DNA of 64,000 nucleotides from Asterias rubens. Its lineage: Eukaryota. Location of the stretch: assembly GCF_902459465.1 (NCBI RefSeq), contig NC_047079.1, forward strand, positions 10,292,001 through 10,356,000. Reading direction: 5' to 3'. A program made the position numbers and the translations under genes. The notes under the pieces are model-generated. The model saw only the letters and a list, made by a program, of their open reading frames with translations, did no database searches and had not been told where the DNA came from. Positions 12,801 to 24,800 of this stretch are shown piece by piece (positions within the stretch are counted from its first letter, which is position 1; each line of letters starts with the position of its first letter).

Positions 12801-15800
12801 TCATCGCTTAAAAAGTTTCAGCTTAGCAGAAATGACCAGGATACCAGTCACAGATTGTTCATGTGACCTGGTACTTTAGCTCTTAATCTTATTCTTTTGG
12901 GCTTAATTCTGTTGTGCTTAGCTACTTTTTATGTTTAAGCAGCTCTATTACGTTATACCAAAGTAGTTATAACTTGGGACCATTCACTTTGTTTTTCAAT
13001 TCTTCTGTTGAAATAAGTTCATGCTTGCATGGTATGCCGGGAATTATACCTTTAGTTTATTCTTTCCTCATTTTTTTCCATAAACATCTTGTTAAAGGTA
13101 TGGGTAATAAATTGGAAAACTCTCCAAAACAATTATGACCATAGGAAAAGCAATGAAGCTGTGGATAGTATAAACCATTTTGAGAAAGGATTCCCTTTGA
13201 AGCAATAGGGTTTCCATACTGGGTTGGTTGTTTAGCTTCCCTGTGTCGACCCCGCGGTGCTCATTCGGGTGAGCCCCTGACGAGCTAATCGAACGATCGC
13301 TCACCCTCTCGTGGTGACGTCATGCACCACAGGCTAGCTCAAAGTGACCCGTTCCACGAGCAGGGCACTTGGAGCTGACACGGGTGAGCCCCTGGAGAGC
13401 TATTTAAACGTACCGGGGCAAATCGGGGTCGACCCAGGAAGCTAATCGAATTTTTGTCACCCAAAGAACATTTGAATCTGAGAAACGATTCACGCGTGAA
13501 CTATTTCTCCAGACAACATAGTGTGTCAAGATAAAAAACAAAAATTAAGCTTACCAGGTTTAAACAAATTTTTTTTAGATTGTACAATCTGGCATCTTAC
13601 TTTCATCTGTCGATATTTTTTTGATTAACAACGGAATATGTTTCTGGATTTTTCTCGCTACCTTTAATTGGCAGTTTTTCTTAAAGAGGAGGTGCTAGTT
13701 TTGTTGACGGCGCAGTTTGTCTTCATGTTCAATCAGACATGTTTAGAGGTAAAGTAGACCCACTACGTTATTTATTCATTTATTCAAGCAAACTTGTATC
13801 CCTAATTCTGATTGGTCGATGGATCCATAGCAAGAAGAGTTTGATATTAATATCGCATTTACATTTGATTGGTGGAACACTTATCAAAATGTAATATAGG
13901 AGTCCTATATTTCTGCTAGAAACACAGAAGAAAACCCCTTCTCTTAGTGATAAGTGTAACTTGAATCTTTTACGTGCATTACACTAAACATGAGACATGT
14001 AATATAGGAGTCCTATATTTCTGCCAGAAACACAGAAGAAAACCCCACTCGGCTGATCAGAAACACCAAAGCTTTGTTCTGAGTTAACCAGTGCCCTTAA
14101 CTACTCAGTTATGACACACCACAATGTTTATATTTTCTAGGTTTTATAGTGAACAGCTATCCTAATAGGTATTTAAAACCTTTTTTTTATTGTAACCCCG
14201 CAGACTGCAGTCACAGTTATGACAAAAAACCTTCTGGATTTCGGAGGAATTGAAAACAGCATCTTGTTTGCTGTAGCTGGGTTTGAGGTAAGAAATCAAA
14301 GTATACATTTTAATTCTCATTCGACTTATCATAACTGTTTTGATCCCTAAAATGATAAGTCATGATTTTTTTTTTTTTCAGCTTCTTGCTAGCTTCATCA
14401 TCATCAAATGCATCAGTAAATTTATCTCCGACCGGACGATGTTATTTGCTTCAGTGACACTTGAGTTAGTACCTTACATTATGCTGATGATTTTCTATCC
14501 ACATGCAACACCAGGTAAAATATTGTTTGATGATTACTTGAAAATTACGAGGCCCTTTCACACTAGACCAATTACTCAGGAATTTCCCAGGAATTTCCGA
14601 GGAACTCCACTCATTTCAGTGTTTCTGACACCTCCTTTAACAAACATAAGTGTTGCCTTTCTGTATAATCTTCATAAGCCAGTGCCGAAGCCTTCATCAG
14701 TCAGTGCCGAAGCTAGAGTAACATTTTAGGGAAGCACCGTTTTTTTTTCTTTCTAGAGGACAACTCTGCCCAACTACAATTGTAGTTTCCGTTTGCATTT
14801 TTTTAGCATGTGTACCATAGGTCCTTTTGTTTAGTAAGCAGTTTGCAACAGCTCATTCTATTTTCTCAAATAAAATGTAAAAAAACTTGAATTCTACCTG
14901 ATTTTTCCTTGCAGGGAGGTCCCAGAATCTGTGGTGGTTTTCAATTCTTTTCATCATCCAGGTTTCTGGGCTCGGCTTCCTGCTAATCTCCATCGTATCA
15001 CTCTTCTCAAAGGTCACTCCTCCAGAAATGCAAGGTAAGGTCAAAGATTGTGACCTCAGGTCAAAGTTCAATCTACATGGAAAGTATATGCACATTGTAA
15101 TTGGTGACTTGTCTGTAAACAGTGTAAAGAAAATAAACTCTGGATAAACAGGTCAGCTGGAGCTTAGTCTCGATTGGCTATGCTGTTTTTTTTTATATTA
15201 GTCACCAGTAGAGGGCGCAACATAAACTGTTTGGGATGCTGACTCGGAGCGACTGGGCAAGTCTAGAAACCTGGATTGTTTTCAGCCATTTGTTTGTTTG
15301 ATACTATTTCTTCTCCAGTAATTTATGTTGCGGACAGTTATTCGGTGACTTTTGTTTACAAAATGAAAATCGCCAATCAGGACTAGCTGGAAACATCAAT
15401 AGTAATCAGTATAATTTGTACAAAAACCAATTTGCCAAATTTTGAGGTTTTTGACACAGGTCAATTTCTTGGTACCAGTAAGAATAGAACAATGAGTTTT
15501 TCGGTTGTACCAAGGAGTAGTGTTGGTTGTGAAAAGAACCTTGGGTTGGCAACTCGGTATGCTCTGATCATCTTCAGGAGAATACTGATCGAAAAAGTTG
15601 AGTTGTTCTTTTTAAAACCAACACTACTCAAAAAGAGATTTACACATGGTGCTACCGCAAACCTCGCCTAATAACATTCCCACCATACAAAGTTTCAAAT
15701 CTTACAAATCTTGATAAGGCCATATAAAAAAAAAAGTTGTTGATCGTCCTTTTTTTTTGCGGATGGGGGAGGGAGGGATTTTTTTTTTTTTTTTTTGACA

Positions 15801-16017
15801 TGCCAAATATGAAATCAAGAATAAAGAAATCATCACAACCACTATAAAACAGAGGGTTTGTGTGTTTTTGATGTTTTCAATAGTTTTGTCAAACAAATTT
15901 AACTCCTAGATGACATTGTCTGTAAACTTTTTCAAACATCTAAGCACAGTGTAGCCCAAGTAAATATTTGAAGAATTGTTCTTGCTTTGCCAACATGAAT
16001 AAAAACCTTCTTTAAAC

Positions 16018-16058
<41 letters not shown>

Positions 16059-17219
16059 GTTGGGGGGTTTTGAACGGTCAGGCCGGGACGATCAACAATT
16101 TTTTTTTATGTGGCCTAATGATGGGGTTTGAATTGTACTTCACAGGTTTTGCCCAAGGTGTTCGCCGAGCCGTTGGTGGAATCGGGACCATCATGGGTCC
16201 TTTATGGGCGGGCGGCATGCAGAATATACCATTTGAGACTTTAGCAATCATGATGGCCCTTTTCCTCCTAGTTTGGGTAAGTTAAATATCAACCGTTTTG
16301 TTGTTGCCCAGCGGTTAAGAGAGTTTGACTCAAGCTCCTGGTGTTTCTAATCAGCCATGGCACTACAGTGTCCTTGAACGAGACGCGTTACCATAATAGG
16401 AGACTTTCCAACGCTAGGTGGCAGCAGACATACCGGGTAAATTTCCATTGTTTACGTAGTTCTGAACATGCGCATAATTCTGAGAACAATGGATTTACCC
16501 GGTAAGTCTGCTGCCCTCTATCGTCCCAGAAAGTCTCCCATTGCTTTGTCCTTCAGACAAAATAACCATAGGTCCTGTGTGCTTGGATTGGTAATGCATG
16601 TAAAAGAACCCAGAACACTCAGCATGGAAGAGTAGTGGTTAACCCTGGGCCAAATTTCAAAGAGCTGCTTCAGCACAAAATTCTGTTAAAGCAAAATAAT
16701 CCATGCTTAGTCAAATCAGAACACGGGCTAAGACTCCACTCAATTGTTATGCTAAGTAAACAATAGCTCAATACCAGTCACAAGCAATGTATAACGGCAT
16801 GAAATTTTGGCCAGTAACATGTGTAAAATAAGCAAGCTATTTTCGTGCTTGACCAATTTGTTCGACTAAGAAGCTCCATGAAATTGAACCCTGGCGTTTC
16901 TCGTTCACACAGCAAGCACCCTTGTTTACAGGTTTTCTCAGGCTTGCGAGCTACACTGATCAAGTTCACTTAGGAGGCATCCTAGGTTTCATGAACAGAA
17001 TTACACATGAACCAAACAAATCATTAGTCATACATCAATGTTGCGTCAAACTAAAATCAACATTACCTTCTTCAGATGATGTCGCTGATGTCATGGAAAC
17101 TTCTTAGGCCACACTCAGAAGTCGCAGCCGAGACAAGTCAAGCAAGCTGCAAAGAAGATTCGAAAGAAGAGACCAAACCATTGCTCAATGGTGATGTCAA
17201 AGACTATGGGGTCGCCTGA
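6817..17219 (+). CDS. Major facilitator superfamily transporter, MFSD8/CLN7-like, 11 coding exons, 526 aa
   Basis: Exons 6817-6895, 9027-9212, 10483-10545, 10878-11077, 11957-12323, 13675-13748, 14204-14287, 14382-14514, 14915-15034, 16146-16276, 17076-17219; GT-AG, phases consistent, 1581 nt. About 12 hydrophobic segments, MFS loop GLFQDRFHRTK, TM4 SRLVSGVGAG, TM5 RQIGLLLGP, long hydrophilic central loop. Confidence 0.9.
7018..7143. repeat. Near-perfect 126-bp hairpin (possible TA-flanked MITE) in MFS intron 1
   Basis: Arms 7018-7068 and 7089-7143 are exact reverse complements except one 4-nt indel; 20-nt loop. Confidence 0.9.
7745..8105. mobile_element. Kolobok-type non-autonomous DNA transposon (AGGGAAGGTACAC termini)
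   Basis: TTAA|AGGGAAGGTACAC...GTGTACCTTCCCT; second copy 28010-28382; internal sequence shared with the AGGCAGTGGACAC family. Confidence 0.8.
9316..9490. mobile_element. CAGGCCTG-terminated MITE family (copies about 1826-1945, 3545-3680, 11215-11348, 18996-19160, 22670-22812)
   Basis: Shared body GGGCACCAAGGCCAAGACCAGGGGC..AGAGGCAATTGCC and CAGGCC termini; superfamily not established (hAT-like ends). Confidence 0.7.
9669..10103. mobile_element. MITE with 23-bp perfect TIR GGTGCGTTCCACTCGCGCAAACG
   Basis: TIRs 9669-9691 and 10081-10103; imperfect symmetry extends about 20 bp further out. Confidence 0.8.
10142..10394 (+). mobile_element. tRNA-derived repeat family (copies also about 560-690 + and 62895-63152 -)
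   Basis: A-box-like GGTAGTCTAGTTGG and B-box-like GGTCCGAATCCC inside a ~250-bp unit present three times in the window; GGATTATTTA repeated at 10132-10141 and 10395-10404. Confidence 0.82.
11401..11596. mobile_element. AATAGAC-terminated MITE group (also 10592-10741, 18319-18496, 58783-58895)
   Basis: TIRs AATAGACCGATCCATTA / TAATGGATTGGTCTATT; AATAGACCTTATGCAT / ATGCATAAGGTTTATT; ATAGACGGATTGCAATA / TATTGCAATCCATCTAT. Confidence 0.75.
12357..12529. mobile_element. Palindromic MITE (GCCAAGTCACACTGCA termini); second copy 20330-20496
   Basis: Nearly full-length inverted repeat with GCATCCTATTGGTTGAA / TTCAACCAATAGAATGC inner arms; starts about 33 nt into MFS intron 5. Confidence 0.8.
15205..15218 (+). 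promoter_or_regulatory. CTCF consensus match in MFS intron 9
   Basis: CCAGTAGAGGGCGC matches CCRSYAGRKGGCRS at every position; binding untested. Confidence 0.5.
15715..16117. mobile_element. MITE with TAAGGCCATATAAAAAAAAAAGTTGTTGATCGTCC arms and internal poly-T/poly-A tracts
   Basis: Inverted arms about 15715-15750 and 16085-16117; T-run near 15779-15796 mirrored by an A-run near 16023-16054. Confidence 0.72.
16395..16542. mobile_element. Palindromic ~145-bp MITE with paired CTCF-like motifs; second copy 38370-38507
   Basis: Arms GGAGACTTTC..CTAGGTGGCAGCAGAC / GTCTGCTGCCCTCTA..GAAAGTCTCC; interrupts a tRNA-derived SINE (about 16302-16645). Confidence 0.82.
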
Positions 17220-18825
17220 TGGAAGGTGGGGTGCAAGACTTGCTGTGCGGGTACGTTCTGCTGAAAAAAAGATACGCCAGTTGTTTTGAGAAATTTGTGA
17301 AATGAAAAATGAGGGGTAGTCAGTTTGTCCTAACCTCTGAGGAATAACATGGCTGGAAAACTTCCATCAATAACTGATTTAATTGACATTAACCACGCTG
17401 TCACCATCTTGGTCATGTTCCATGTGTCTAATAACAATAAGGAATGCTAACATTCATTGTGCAAACAAGGCACCAGACTATTATTTCGTCCAGCCTCAGT
17501 TTGGTTACAATGAGTTGGAATGGAGTAAAATCAAGATGGCCACACTGTTACAAAGGTCAACGTAATTTTGTGTTTGGGGAATAAATAAAACGACATTTCA
17601 ACACCATTTTAACTTGAGGTTAGAGAATTGTAATTTGTTCCCACCTTCTTGAGGACTCACTGTACTTAATTGGAAAAGATTGCGTCACAAAACTGAATTT
17701 TACATCAAAGCCTCTCTGTAAACACTTTGTCTTCTGTGTTTTGGATCCAACATTTTGTTTCTTCATCTGGACAAATCTACTGAAAACCAAATCGCCTAAA
17801 ATGATTTTGGTTAAATTGTCAATTCACCTTGTGTCCATTTCAAGGAGTGGCTGCTTCGTCTCACAAAATTATTTTTACTGCACCAGATTTGATGATTTGG
17901 AGCCAGCGAGCCAGTTTCACTTAAAAGCTTAGATTGATCGGAGCACAAAGCTGCCATATTTGCATCTTGCAATCAGGGAAATCGTGTGTTAAGTAAAGGA
18001 GAATGGACGAGAAAGTGTAGATTTGTGGAAAGAATATACGAGCTGAAGGCGGGTACATTGTAGTGTGCAAAACATTATTTTAGCATGTAAAAATGCGTTT
18101 ACATTATTTATGTGACATGGTTTTACTCATTTCTCAAAAACTTCAGCACCTCGGGAAGAAATGTGTCAAGATCTGTGGATTAGTTTTGTGTCCTACAAAA
18201 AGTACCCAGACCTTTTCAGATAAAATCTTTGTGAAATCGAGCCCATCAGTGTCATTTATGACAGACATGGTGCAATAAAAATATTGTTCTTATTTTCTAT
18301 TATTATAAATTATAAATAAATAGACCTTATGCATTGACGTCATCCAGCTGCCATCTTAGAGGTAAAACCGATGCTGAAACAAGAGAAACACGCAGATTTA
18401 AATGCGCAATGCACAGGATTAACCAATGAACAACCTCCTTTCGATCTCTGGTTGAGGACCCTGTACCAAAATGACATCAAATGCATAAGGTTTATTGTGT
18501 GAACTAAGTTTTAAACTTGATAAATAAATATTTTTTTAAATATGCAAGATATTTTTTGAAAACAGTACATTTTTTGGAATTGCTTAGTGTACAAATCATA
18601 CCAGTCCTATGTTGGACTCTACCGAGCAAAGAACATTTAATTTTGTGAAAGTTGAAGCTATCAAATTTAATACTGCTTTATTTTGTATCAGATTGTATCC
18701 ATTAACGATACAGTATTCTATCTTCAAATGTTGGAACTGATTATAGTAACAATAATAAAGAAGTACACATTTTTATGTAATGCCAATTTCTTAGACTTAT
18801 TTTTGATGATGAGTGACAATGAGTA

Positions 18826-19300
18826 GAGTGTCATGGCCGAGCGGTTAAGAGCATCAAATTCAAGTTTTGGCGATAAAGTCTTCGGGTGTGGGTTTGAATC
18901 CCAGCAGCGACACTTGTGCAAGATGCCTGCTATAATTGCTTCTCTTCGGCCCAGGGTATAAATGGGTACCTGCGAGGGTAGAGGTTGATAGTGTCAGGCC
19001 TGGAATTTCATCTTTGAAAGGGCAAGGCCATTTTTATTTTGCAAAGGCCACTTCCAATGGAAATATTAAAGTCAATGGGAAACTTTTGAAGGGGCACCAA
19101 GGCCAAGACCAGGGGCAACAGAGGGCATAAACTCCGTGGCCTGCCTGTAATTCCAGGCTTGTAGCGTGTATGAGAAAGCCAGTGGGGCAGCCCGGGCTGT
19201 AAACTTCCCAGGGAAATTACAGGAAGGTTATTGGCCTAACGACCAGGGCACTTATGTAAAGCGCATTGATATACGTTGTAAAATGTGCTATATATTTTTA
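18826..19300 (+). mobile_element. tRNA-derived SINE (CORE-like body, L2-like tail) interrupted by a MITE at about 18996-19160
   Basis: A box TGGCCGAGCGGTTAAG, B box GGTTTGAATCCC, body CCCAGGGTATAAATGGGTACC, tail TGTAAAGCGC..GTGCTATAT. Domain names are from recalled similarity. Confidence 0.75.
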
Positions 19301-19504
19301 AAGCCTTTGGGAAAGAATCTACAAGGGTCAAAATGTAGGTTCATTAACTACTTTTTGGCAATTAAAGCATAAATTGGTAACTTTGTTGAAATGGCAGTCG
19401 GGCAACATCATTTGTTTTAATGTTCTCCATTTGATGGTACAAACTATAAAATATAAATAACTATAAACTACCAAAACTTAAACAATGTAAAACTAAGTAT
19501 TTAA

Positions 19505-19920
19505 AGGTAGGGTCATAGATTGGTAAACACTCCACAAATTAAAGACCATAAAAACTGCAGCTGTTGATAGTATAACAAATTTTGAGAAAAGATTCCCTTC
19601 AAAGATATTTGGTTTTGATAATTTTTTCACCCCCCCCCAACTTTTTTTTTTTAAAATCTGGTAATCGTTTCTAAGATTTCTGAGGGATGGCGTCTGTTCG
19701 CGAAAGGCTACTGTACCGCTGTCACTTCACTAAATGTGAATGGATTCGTGTAAAAATGCTGTGACAATTTGTTGCTGTTTTTCTCAGCAAGTGGACACTG
19801 TATTCAGCTGAGACACATGTATTCAGCTGAGACACATGTGACTTTTATTGAATCTTTCCTTATGATTTTGTCTAGTAACAAGAATTACGCTGACAAAAAA
19901 AGCAATCTATGACCCTACGT
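19505..19920. mobile_element. Kolobok-type MITE (AGGTAGGGTCATAGAT termini)
   Basis: TTAA|AGGTAGGGTCATAGATTG...CAATCTATGACCCTACGT|TTAA; internal tandem duplication of TGTATTCAGCTGAGACACA near 19799-19838. Confidence 0.82.
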
Positions 19921-21890
19921 TTAAAATGAAAATCAAAACAACAAAATGAAGACTGTGAATAATTATCGATAACAACTTCCAAAGATTGATACTATCAATT
20001 GTACATTGCTCCATCTCAAGATATGCAACGGTAAACAGGGGTCAGTTATAACCCGAGTGCACCTTTACGAGGTGAAAGTCTGATATGAACAGGTCAGAAA
20101 TACAAACTTGTTTGGGAGGTATCAGTCCAGTGTCATGACTCGCACCGAAATGTCTAGCAAGAGCCAACCATTCACTACGGGATAGGTTCAACCGTGCGAG
20201 ATAGTGGCAGAGGGTGGCCCCCCCCCCCTATGCTCCCATACTTTAACACACTCGTCTCTTGGGCCAAATTTCATAGAGCTTCTTAAATATTGAATACTGT
20301 AAAAGCTGGTGGACAATTGAACAGTCTAAAGGCCCAGGCACACAGGCCTCGATAACAAGAACAAAAACGATAATGTTAACAATGCACGCCCTCAAATGGT
20401 TGAATGAGCATGGGCGTATTCTGCGTGGAGCAATTCAACCAATTTGAATGCGTTCTCTTTGCGTCGTTATCGTTTTCGTTGCAGTGTGACTTGGCCTTAA
20501 CAATGAAAAGCTAACTGGTCATGCTTGCTAGTCACTGTAAAAATTAAGGACAAACCCTGCATAGAATGGGAGGGGGGGGGGAACACCATGCCACCAACTG
20601 AGCTCAAAATGGGATAGGTGCACAGTTCTAGGTCATACCACAAGGGCGGGTTTCTATTATAGTCAACCAGTAGTTTATGAATACACGTAGCTCTCATATG
20701 AATGAGCACACTGGTTGCAGACTATACGCTCCATGTTTCTGCAGTAGACCATTAAGACTGGGGGGCCCATGGGGGGGTCGACATAAGTTGACAATTTTTC
20801 TACAGTAAAAGTACATGTGAATGTTCATGTGAGGAAATGAACACCAATCAGCAAGATACATTTTTGTTTGTTTAGAAAAACTTATTTGTTAATCTGTTCA
20901 ACAGAATTTTGAAAGCCTCCAAAAGCTGGGGCGTTTTAGGATGACAAAAAGCGAGCACAGAAGGAATTAATTGCTTATCATCTTTTTAAAATCTTATAAC
21001 CATGAAATTACATTCACTCAAATTCTTTGCCTTCCCTTTTGCCCACTTCCAAAATGGCTACGTGTGTGGGATAGAGCTGCTGCATACTCAACATTAAAAA
21101 ACTTTGTAACTAAAATAAAAATGTTTAAATATATAACAGAATTTATCACCATAATTTTTGTAACTCGCTGATAATACTCTTTTTTTCCACACACTTGATT
21201 TTGTGTGTGTAAAAACTACAAATCAAAGAAAGGTTTGTACTGATAATAATATAAACTCATGAATAAACATATGAATAAAATAAATATTTTTTGTTTTGCA
21301 TGATGATGAAGAGAAAACAAAATGAAAGACATATATTTTTAAATATGGATATATGCTCTGATAAAATATATTCTTTTACAGAGTGTAAAACAAATTGGAT
21401 ATTTTCATGATTGCTTGTATGGAGAAAATGCACCACCTGTTCTTATTTGTAATGAGAATGTTTGCAGAGTTTTCTTTCTTTTTTTGTTAAGGGGGGGGGG
21501 GGGCACCATGCCACATATCAAACAACAAATGTACCTTGTAAAGACCGGTTAACACTTCCTGCAAATGTGTTATATACGAATTTTGACAAAAGAAATACCC
21601 CAACCTTAATTTTAAAATTCTTCAAAGAATTCCTGAGATTTCCAGAACACAATGAACACACTGAGAACAGGGGGTCGGGGCTTACACCAAGCTACATATC
21701 AAGCAACAAATGAACCTCATATAAAGCCCCGTTCATACTTCCTGCGAATGCGACACAAATTTTGACATCACAAATTCGAAGAGATGAGCTGTGTTCAACA
21801 AAATATTCGCAGCGAAAACGGAGCTGTGGCGTAAATATTTATCAGCATTCGCAGATAAGAGTAAGAACCAGGCTTAAGTGTGACTTGGTC

Positions 21891-24800
21891 TTAAGTCAAA
21901 CTACCAGCTCTCTCAAAGCGCTGGTTAAACTTGAACATGTCACTCGTAGGCGACATGCGTAGATTGAAGTCCTTCATGGCCAAGGCCATCGACACTTGTG
22001 CGGACCTAACCTGCTTGACCCTTTTATAACAGCCAAGGCACAGATACAGCTTCCTGTTTTGCTTGTCAGGCGCCAACGCAATGTTAAACTCCTCCTGGAT
22101 GATGTTTGCCACGACCCATTGTTCGCTATTCTTACTGAAAAGCAGCCTCTTCTTGGGCGTGACGGTTACCAGCACGTTGCAGTTCACGCAATTCACACAG
22201 AAGAAATGCTCGATTGTGGAACACATCTTCTTTGTGTAGAGAAAGCCTTCGGGACTTGTGTAACTGCTGAATTTCGTCTTGGCCCGAAATAAAGCTTGAC
22301 GACTGCTACAAATTTTATGCATGACGTTTTCGCAGAACTTGCATAGGATGATGGGAGGTTTCCCGGCAGTCTGAGGCAGCGACAAGTCTATTGCATTCTC
22401 GATGACAGCGACAACATCAGACATCAAGACGCGGTTCCAGTCATCGGGCGGAATAGTTACATCGCAGTTGAGGCAGCTCACTTTCTTGTAGTTTTCAAGC
22501 GAATTGGCTTGCTGAAAAGGTAATGAAAATGAAAGTGTAATAATAACATGGTGTAAAAAAATAAAAACATCACACAATGTAAACTATCACTGAGTGATCT
22601 CTTTCAGTAAAGGCATGCAAAATAGGCTTTAATAGAAATAAACAGAAATCTTCCTTAGAAAAAGCAATTGCCTCCATGCCCCCTGCTCATTGCCTTGGTG
22701 CCCTTGAAATGCTCCAGTAGAAATTGACAATTTCCTCATAGGGTGCCTTTTACCAGAGAGAAAATGCCTTGGTGCCCTTGCCTTTTCAAAAACGAAGCAA
22801 ATACAGGCCCGGTTATTAAACCAAAGATGCCTCATAAGTGAACGTAATCACTGAAGCTTGCAAACCTGAGGAAAACTGTAAACAAGGGTGCTTGCTTACT
22901 TATTATGTGAAGAAGAAAAAAAACTAGGGTTGACCCCTACTCTTCCTGGATGGGTTCTTTTACATTTTGCTTTAGAACACTAGTGACTTGACTGGGACTC
23001 TATCACACACTGGGTTAATTTATTAGAAACACCAGATCTTGTGTCCAGTGCTCTTAACCGCTGAGCCACGACACACGTGCACAACCAGACAAAACTAATT
23101 TGTTTAGCAAGTTTTTTTTCTGATGAATAGCTTTGTGAAATTGTGGGGGTTTTCTCTTCAAGAAAACTGAAGAAAGCAAACATGTGAACACAGGTAAAGT
23201 TAAAAAACACTTCAAGTCCCGTATTGAGCTTCTTTAAAAAAAAAAAAATAAATACAAATTTAGAAAGTATTAGCTTACCCTCTTATCCAGAATAGTTTCT
23301 CTGTTAGGTGCCGGTATTAAGGCTGCATGGGGTGACAGTTGTTGAACTCTGTCTGTCCTCCGGGGGTCTAAGTCAGTTGGAGCTCTTCGGGGCAAGTTTG
23401 TGATGGTGTGTGGATCTTTGCGAGTAGGGTGGACTTGTCTGGCTTGATAAGGAGGAGGTCGACGGATACACTTTAGAATTTCATCCCGATCGACAGAAGT
23501 CCCAAACTTATCCGGGTGGTAATTGCTGCTGCTGTTAGATGCAGGATATTGCAACTCCTTGATGGGAGGTCTCAAGCTCGAATAGTAGGAAGGCGGAGGT
23601 AAAGTGGGCCTCTGTTGAGGATACACATTCGAAGGTACACTGAAGTTGTAAGGTGGCAAATGCATATCTGTGTAGCGTAAACTACCTGTGGAGATCAAAC
23701 GTTGAGTGTTTGTCATGACTTGTGGATTGCCTGGCTGGGATCCCACGGCTCTGTTGGCAAGATCGGGGAATACTGAAGACTCTCCTGGGATCTGGGGATA
23801 AGTAGACATGATAGGTGTATGTCTTGTCCAGGAAGGGTACTTCGGCAAAGTATAAGCAGAGTTATTTACTTGATGGCTTTGCCGGTCTGATAACGGACGA
23901 TAAGCTTCCGGAGGCTGACATTGTGAAATTGGCACCCTAGGAAAACTCATATTGGGATTGGAGGCGTTTAACCACGATGCACAGGCGGCATGGTAACTAG
24001 GTGGGCTAGAAACAGTATTTGAAAAACCGTCCCCGGGTTGTAGTTTGCTTCTCAAAACTGGCAAAGTGTCCTCCTGTTGGACAAATTGAGGTAAAATAGG
24101 TGGTGTTGCACCCTGTGGTTGTCCTTGCAATAGCGGTGGTGGCTTGGGCGAAGTCAACTTCTGCAGCAACACAGGGTGGCTTGGTGAACTGCCTGCTACT
24201 CTGCTATTCAGGCGGAACTGTTTTGGTGGTGGTTCTCCGAAGTTGTTGTTTTTATCAAGGAGTTTCCTTTTGTCTGTAAAGAAGGGATTAGACGCTGCCT
24301 TTGAGACGAACGTTTCAGAACAAGTCTGGTGGGATGGGGAGATTGAGGTAGTCAAAATAGCTTCTTGGGAGGACCAGGTAGGTTCTTGGGAGAACCTGGA
24401 ATGCTCTTGGGAGAACTTAGTATGGGGCAGTTCAGGTGTGAGGTAGCCAGCTCTTTGTGATACAGCAATCACCTCCTTGATTACAGCTTCGTTGGTGCAA
24501 GAGATCACATTCTTCTTAGGCAAACAAGTCTCTGGAGTTGGCAACTGGGGCATGGGAGGATAAGCTGTGAGAATTGGCATATCTACAGCTTGATTAGTGC
24601 AAGAGTTTATATTCTCCTCAGGCACACGAGTCTCTTGAGTCGGGGAAAGGGTCTTGGGATGAAAAGCTGTGAGAACTGGCAAAACTTCTTCGACTTCCTT
24701 CGAGATGCACTCCATCGTTTCCGGTGTTTGCCAATGCAATGACTTCTCCAGAGGTAGGGCGACCATAACCATTGTGGTTTGATCAGACTCTGGGTTTGAC

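Noticed and set aside
16932-16973. Alternative last exon for the MFS gene (acag|GTTTTCTCAGGC, VFSGLRATLIKFT*)
   Set aside because: Does not complete TM12 or give a sorting signal; exon 17076-17219 fits much better.
18826-18915. True tRNA genes (also about 2340-2470, 5045-5115, 10230-10305, 39780-39850, 62995-63070)
   Set aside because: A and B boxes are present but acceptor stems do not pair cleanly and each continues into a repeat body shared with other copies; these are SINE-type heads.
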